Source: Mycolicibacter algericus DSM 45454 (GTDB lineage Bacteria > Actinomycetota > Actinomycetes > Mycobacteriales > Mycobacteriaceae). Taken from it: a stretch of 32,000 nt of DNA. The notes beneath the pieces are model-generated. The model worked only from the letters and a program-made list of their open reading frames with translations, did no database searches and had not been told where the DNA came from. Both the position numbers and the translations under genes were made by a program. The DNA lies in assembly GCF_002086455.1 (NCBI RefSeq), contig NZ_MVHC01000005.1:1-32000 (forward strand), in the 5' to 3' direction. This document shows, piece by piece, positions 31,759 through 32,000 of this stretch (its first letter is position 1; the number at the start of each line of letters is the position of its first letter).

Positions 31759-32000
31759 CCTCAGGGATCAAACGCGTCGCGATCAACACCGGCGGCGGCG
31801 ACGCCCCCGGCCTCAACGCCGTCATCTACGCCGCCACGCTGGCCGCCGGCAACCGCGGTTGGGAGGTCGTCGGGATCCGCGACGGCTTCAACGGGATGCT
31901 GTTCGGTGACGACTACCCCGACGGCGGTTTGATCGAGCTGACCCGCAACCGGGTGCGCGGCATCATCCACCAGGGCGGCACCATCCTGGGCAGCACCAAC
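31755..32000 (+). CDS. 6-phosphofructokinase family protein, N-terminal 82 codons (runs off the window)
   Basis: It is absent from the ORF track because it has no stop in the window. ATG 31755 overlaps the ADH TGA (ATGA). MTSGIKRVAINTGGGDAPGLNAVI..GIRDGFNG..GGTILGSTN carries the PFK GGDxPGxN signature. Confidence 0.85.
   Translation, partial: MTSGIKRVAINTGGGDAPGLNAVIYAATLAAGNRGWEVVGIRDGFNGMLFGDDYPDGGLIELTRNRVRGIIHQGGTILGSTN

Noticed and set aside
1-32000. Search for CRISPR arrays, tandem repeats, tRNA/rRNA genes, integrase/att sites and SOS boxes (TCGAAC-N4-GTTCGA)
   Set aside because: Reading both strands, I saw no regularly spaced direct repeats, no cloverleaf-capable or rRNA-like segments, no tyrosine or serine recombinase motif and no SOS-box match. 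Short GC-rich triplet reiterations such as GCGGCA x3 near 27500 lie inside coding sequence.

Overview
This is a high-GC actinobacterial chromosome segment with clearly Mycobacterium-like gene content. I found no rRNA, tRNA or CRISPR array.

Layout, left to right:
- 1-255: 3' end of an IS256-family transposase.
- 0.3-8.2 kb: an accessory-looking stretch. It holds an unknown 256-aa protein, a small possibly frameshifted ORF, and an excisionase-type HTH gene directly followed by a 1043-aa PLD-nuclease/SF2-helicase/DUF3427 fusion. It also holds a mini-HTH remnant, a possibly PARG/macrodomain-like protein, a frame-switching coding remnant and a membrane-anchored unknown protein.
- 8.2-11.8 kb: a coiled-coil protein, a large SEC-C-motif protein and a divergent ApaH-type metallophosphoesterase.
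- 11.9-13.8 kb: a vapBC30-like toxin-antitoxin (TA) pair with a cytochrome P450 only 20 nt downstream.
- 13.85-16.9 kb: a second accessory block. It opens with the only strongly AT-rich stretch I noticed in the window, carrying GTGGT/ACCAC inverted repeats and a 47-codon hydrophobic micro-ORF. A NERD-nuclease/SF1-helicase fusion follows, converging 3 nt apart on a 376-aa HNH endonuclease.
- 17.1-17.8 kb: a vapBC5-like (Phd/YefM + PIN) pair.
- 17.9-21.7 kb: housekeeping-type genes (NTF2-like, SDR, prfC, NYN+LOTUS protein).
- 21.8-30.5 kb, minus strand: a small TM protein and recC-recB-recD with overlapping stop/start codons.
- 30.6-32.0 kb: a Zn-alcohol dehydrogenase and the start of a phosphofructokinase.

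The best candidates for an undescribed system are (1) the NERD-helicase + HNH pair with its AT-rich leader and micro-ORF, lying between two TA loci, and (2) the HTH + PLD-helicase-DUF3427 module next to the IS end. All functional calls rest on motifs I recognised by eye. No database search was possible, so novelty is a hypothesis and not a result.
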